DNA from: Chthoniobacterales bacterium
GTDB taxonomy: Bacteria; Verrucomicrobiota; Verrucomicrobiia; Chthoniobacterales; Chthoniobacteraceae
Assembly (NCBI GenBank): GCA_038207335.1
Contig: JBBQZX010000049.1
Coordinates: 1-10,272, forward strand
Direction: 5' to 3'
Length of the DNA: 10,272 nt
In this document: positions 7,595 through 10,272 of the stretch, piece after piece
Numbering within the stretch: position 1 is the stretch's first letter
Layout: every line of letters begins with the position of its first letter
Notes under the pieces: generated by a model
What the model saw: the letters and a program-made list of their open reading frames with translations, nothing else
What the model was told of the DNA's origin: nothing
Databases searched by the model: none
Position numbers and translations under genes: made by a program

Positions 7595-8500
7595 TCATCC
7601 GTAGCGATGCTGTCTCGTCGCCAGAAAGGCCGACAGCACATCCCCCCACGGCTGATCCGTGGAGATGCGCACGTACGGGCAGCCGGCGCGTTCGCAGGCG
7701 AGGCGGGTGCGATCCAGAAACGCGCCGAACTCTTCGAGGTAGCTTTTCCGCAGCTCCGCCGGGCGGGTAAGGATGCGGCCCTGCGCCTCGAGGCCTTGAA
7801 ACTCGACGGTGCCTTGGAAGGGAAACTTCAGCTCGTACGGATCGAGGACGTGGAAGACGATGACCTCGTGCCCGCCGAAGCGCAGGTGCTGGATGCCTTG
7901 CATGATTTTTTCCTCATCGTCGAAGAGGTCGCTGATGAGGATGACGATGCCGCGGCGCCTCACCTGCCGGGCGATTTCGCTGAGCGCGTTGGCGATGGCG
8001 GTCTGCTCCGTCGGAACAAAAGCGGCGAGCACCTGGCAGATTTGATGGATCTTCGCGAGCGAGTCGGTGCGCGGCTGATAGTCGCGCATCTTGGCGTCGA
8101 AAATGCCGACGGCCACGGCGTCGCGTTGCAGCAAAATCAAATACGCGAGGCACGCGGCCATGATGCGCCCGTAGTCGAGCTTCGAGACTTTGCCCGACGC
8201 GTATTTCATCGACTCGCTGCCATCGAGCAGCAGGTGCGCGACGTAGTTGGTCTCCTGCTCGTACTGCTTGATGTAATAGCGGTCGCTGCGCCCGAGCACC
8301 TTCCAGTCGAGATGCCGCGTGTCGTCGCCCGGCACGTATTCGCGGTGCTGCGCAAACTCGATGGCGAAGCCGCGAAACGGCGAACGGTGCGCGCCGGCCA
8401 TGTAACCCTCGACGACGGTGCGCGCTTGCAGACCGAGATACTCCGCGCTTTGGATCGCGACGGGATCGAGAAGTGTGTTTTGAGGGGACTTGGCAGCCAT
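7595..8500 (-). CDS. DUF58 domain-containing protein (vWA-like, MoxR-associated), 301 aa
   Basis: GAHRSPFRGFAIEFAQHREYVPGDDTRHLDWKVLGRSDRYYIKQYEQET, LLLDGSESM and VILISDL are hallmark DUF58 motifs. Confidence 0.95.
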   Translation of the reverse strand: MAAKSPQNTLLDPVAIQSAEYLGLQARTVVEGYMAGAHRSPFRGFAIEFAQHREYVPGDDTRHLDWKVLGRSDRYYIKQYEQETNYVAHLLLDGSESMKYASGKVSKLDYGRIMAACLAYLILLQRDAVAVGIFDAKMRDYQPRTDSLAKIHQICQVLAAFVPTEQTAIANALSEIARQVRRRGIVILISDLFDDEEKIMQGIQHLRFGGHEVIVFHVLDPYELKFPFQGTVEFQGLEAQGRILTRPAELRKSYLEEFGAFLDRTRLACERAGCPYVRISTDQPWGDVLSAFLATRQHRYG

Positions 8501-8517
8501 TAGTGAGCGCGCGGCAT

Positions 8518-8733
8518 TTAGAGAGCAGCAATGAATTCTTCCACGGAAACCCCCGCCTGCCGGAGTACGCCCGACAGCGTGCCTGGCTTGATCTCACGAT
8601 GATTGGGGACGACGCAGCCGGATGGGCCGCGACCCATGACGATGTGACTGCCACGCTGGCGTGCGACCTCGAAGCCGAGGCTCTGCAAAGCACGCACCGT
8701 CTCCTTGCCGGAGACCCGCGGCACTCTAGGCAT
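8518..8733 (-). CDS. hicA: HicA-family toxin, 71 aa
   Basis: ALQSLGFEVARQRGSHIVM (GSH motif), VVPNHREIKPGTLSGVLRQAG. Confidence 0.93.
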   Translation of the reverse strand: MPRVPRVSGKETVRALQSLGFEVARQRGSHIVMGRGPSGCVVPNHREIKPGTLSGVLRQAGVSVEEFIAAL

Positions 8734-8932
8734 GGGCCGTCACCTCGAAAGTCGTCAACAGCGGCGGGCCGGCCTGCTCCAGCGGAAACTCCTCGAGATA
8801 AAGCTCCGTCGCCTCGCGCAGATTGCTCATCGCCTCCGGCACCGACTCGCCTTGGGTGGTCGTGCCGGTTTCAGGGTTGAAGGCGACGAAGCCGCCTTCC
8901 GAGTCGGGGATCAAAACGGCGGTGAGAGTCAT
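8726..8932 (-). CDS. hicB: HicB-family antitoxin, short form without DNA-binding domain, 68 aa
   Basis: EGGFVAFNPETGTTTQGESVPEAMSNLREATELYLE; overlaps hicA by 8 bp. Confidence 0.9.
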   Translation of the reverse strand: MTLTAVLIPDSEGGFVAFNPETGTTTQGESVPEAMSNLREATELYLEEFPLEQAGPPLLTTFEVTAHA

Positions 8933-8938
8933 GCCAGC

Positions 8939-8966
8939 AGCCTGTCGGAACTCATCTCGGAGTCAA
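8939..8966 (-). promoter_or_regulatory. Putative sigma70-type promoter for leaderless hicBA
   Basis: TTGACT (8966-8961), 16 bp, CAGGCT (8944-8939), 6 nt, ATG; no Shine-Dalgarno. Confidence 0.4.
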
Positions 8967-9007
8967 GGTGTGAGCGGGAGCAATTGGGAGGAAGGCGGAG
9001 GTATGCG

Positions 9008-9043
9008 CCCGGCAGGCTTGCGCGCTCCGCGCAAAACGCAAAG
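9008..9043. repeat. 36-bp direct repeat, copy 1, with internal hairpin
   Basis: CCCGGCAGGCTTGCGCGCTCCGCGCAAAACGCAAAG, identical at 9606-9641; stem TTGCGCG-CTC-CGCGCAA. Confidence 0.95.
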
Positions 9044-9067
9044 CGCAAAGCGCAAAGCGCAAAAGCG
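9033..9067. repeat. Heptamer tandem repeat (AAAGCGC)n
   Basis: AAAACGC AAAGCGC AAAGCGC AAAGCGC AAAAGCG, growing out of the 36-bp repeat. Confidence 0.8.
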
Positions 9068-9113
9068 GGCGGTGGTCGTCGCCTATTCCGGGATGCGGCT
9101 CACGCGACGCGGC

Positions 9114-9377
9114 TCATTCCCGATAGACATCCTTGCGGTGTCTGACGCGCTGGACCTCCACGATCCGGGAATCGCTGAAGACTTCGTAAACCACCCGGCA
9201 ATCTCCGACGCGGAGGCGATAGGAGCGTTCGGAACCAGCAAGCTTATGCGAACCGTGCGGCAGCGGGTCGTTCGCCAGTTCGCCCACGGCCTCGACGACG
9301 CGGGCCACCTCCTGACGCGGCAGACTGCGGATGTCCTTTCTCGTGGAGTTGCGCCACTGGATGCTAAAGGGTTCCAT
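9114..9377 (-). CDS. relE: RelE/ParE-family toxin, 87 aa
   Basis: RKDIRSL, LANDPLPHGSHKLAG, YRLRVGDCRVVYEV, VRHRKDVYR. Confidence 0.92.
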   Translation of the reverse strand: MEPFSIQWRNSTRKDIRSLPRQEVARVVEAVGELANDPLPHGSHKLAGSERSYRLRVGDCRVVYEVFSDSRIVEVQRVRHRKDVYRE

Positions 9378-9552
9378 CGCGCTGGAGGTCGGCGAGGAAT
9401 TCGGCGTGCGGGATGACGGTTTCGTCGCGGCGTTCGGCGACCACGGCCAGATCGTCCAGATCCTCCAGCAGCTTCTCGTAGTCGCTGATCGGGAGGACGA
9501 CGGCGGTGCGGTCGCCGTGCTCGTCGGTGAGATATTGCAAGGACTGGCTCAT
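9364..9552 (-). CDS. Putative antitoxin of the RelE toxin, 62 aa
   Basis: MSQSLQYLTDEHGDRTAVVLPISDYEKLLEDLDDLAVVAERRDE...; small, acidic, overlaps the toxin start by 14 bp. Confidence 0.85.
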   Translation of the reverse strand: MSQSLQYLTDEHGDRTAVVLPISDYEKLLEDLDDLAVVAERRDETVIPHAEFLADLQRDGTL

Positions 9553-9559
9553 GGCGTGG

Positions 9560-9588
9560 AGACTACGCCCCGGCTGCTTGCATGTCGA
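9560..9588 (-). promoter_or_regulatory. Putative sigma70-type promoter for leaderless antitoxin-relE
   Basis: TCGACA (9588-9583), 17 bp, TAGTCT (9565-9560), 7 nt, ATG 9552; no Shine-Dalgarno. Confidence 0.55.
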
Positions 9589-9605
9589 GGAGCCGAAGGC
9601 CTGCA

Positions 9606-9641
9606 CCCGGCAGGCTTGCGCGCTCCGCGCAAAACGCAAAG
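9606..9641. repeat. 36-bp direct repeat, copy 2
   Basis: Identical to 9008-9043; period 598 bp. Confidence 0.95.
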
Positions 9642-9717
9642 GAAAACAAAAACAGCTCCGCGTCCGCAGCCCCGCTGGCCATTGACCGCAGCCACTAACG
9701 CTGCCTAGCTTCCACCC

Positions 9718-10146
9718 ATGGCCTCAGGAAATCCTATTCCCACGTCGGTCCCAAGTATTGCCGAACTCGAGAGGGCTCTCATACACCCGCTTAGAACAGC
9801 AGGGATGACCGAGCTGCAAGTGAAAGAGCGCGCGCAGTTTTTACACGAAGACATACAAAGGTTCGGCATCGAAGGATTTTCCATTCACAACAATCGCGGA
9901 ATCATCGAGTACCAACTCGGTAAAACCGGCTATTCCGTTGACAATGCACAACCGAAGGATGCGCCACATTTCTTTCCGAGTGGTCACGGCGGCACTCAGC
10001 TTAGTCACGATAACATACTCTTTTTTGTTCGCGCGTCGGAGATCGCGAGAAGGGTAGTTCCCGAGTTATGGACCCAACCCAACGCCGATATTCTCGGAGG
10101 AATTTGCAGTGCAAGGCAGCACACCGATACGCTAAGGAACCGCTGA
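9718..10146 (+). CDS. Hypothetical protein, 142 aa, lower GC
   Basis: Only long ORF in the region; hand count of 9721-10020 gives about 51% GC, visibly below the operon genes; no motif recognised. Confidence 0.5.
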   Translation: MASGNPIPTSVPSIAELERALIHPLRTAGMTELQVKERAQFLHEDIQRFGIEGFSIHNNRGIIEYQLGKTGYSVDNAQPKDAPHFFPSGHGGTQLSHDNILFFVRASEIARRVVPELWTQPNADILGGICSARQHTDTLRNR

Positions 10147-10272
10147 TCAAAGAGCACTGCGTGACAGAAGTCATCTGAGGCGGAGTGATTTTAGTGAGAG
10201 ATTCGGGGTGAGAGTTGAAGAGTGGAAGTAATCGGTGCCCATCGGGGGCGAGAGACTGTCAGCGGCCAACTT

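Noticed and set aside
5573..8503. Long plus-strand ORFs 5573-5986, 6023-7498 and 7550-8503
   Set aside because: Antisense shadows of the GC-rich BatA and DUF58 genes with no protein motifs.
9018..9036. Hairpin as an intrinsic terminator for relE
   Set aside because: On the minus strand the T-run precedes the stem instead of following it.
9553..9639. N-terminal extension of the antitoxin (91-aa ORF)
   Set aside because: Begins inside the 36-bp repeat and spans the putative promoter; ATG 9552 fits better.
9008..9641. 36-bp hairpin repeats as a CRISPR array
   Set aside because: Only two copies, 562 bp apart with whole genes between them; no cas genes.
8933..9717. Integron attC sites between TA cassettes
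   Set aside because: No RYYYAAC...GTTRRRY bounded palindrome found and no integrase in the window.
10200..10272. 3' end of moxR, or a purine-rich repeat at the right edge
   Set aside because: Too little sequence; a minus-strand TGA at 10259-10261 is possible but unsupported.

Overview
GC-rich bacterial DNA, probably Verrucomicrobia/PVC-like (inferred from gene and repeat types). The backbone is a minus-strand MoxR-associated operon: DUF58 (7595-8500), a BatA/vWA membrane protein (5270-7444), and a second vWA/GATase-like membrane protein (1582 to the left edge). Every intergenic gap holds accessory DNA. There are three type II toxin-antitoxin pairs (vapBC, hicBA, relBE-like) and a LarA-family gene bracketed by two decayed copies of an XRE-HTH module. 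A GxxExxY nuclease pseudogene is bounded by inverted 9-mer-period repeats and carries an in-frame 102-bp MITE. There is also a gene-less inverted heptamer-repeat hairpin, a perfect 36-bp direct repeat in front of two TA cassettes, and a lower-GC orphan ORF. The most striking signal is the pair of inverted tandem-repeat elements, one loaded with a nuclease gene and one empty, sitting just behind consecutive operon stop codons.
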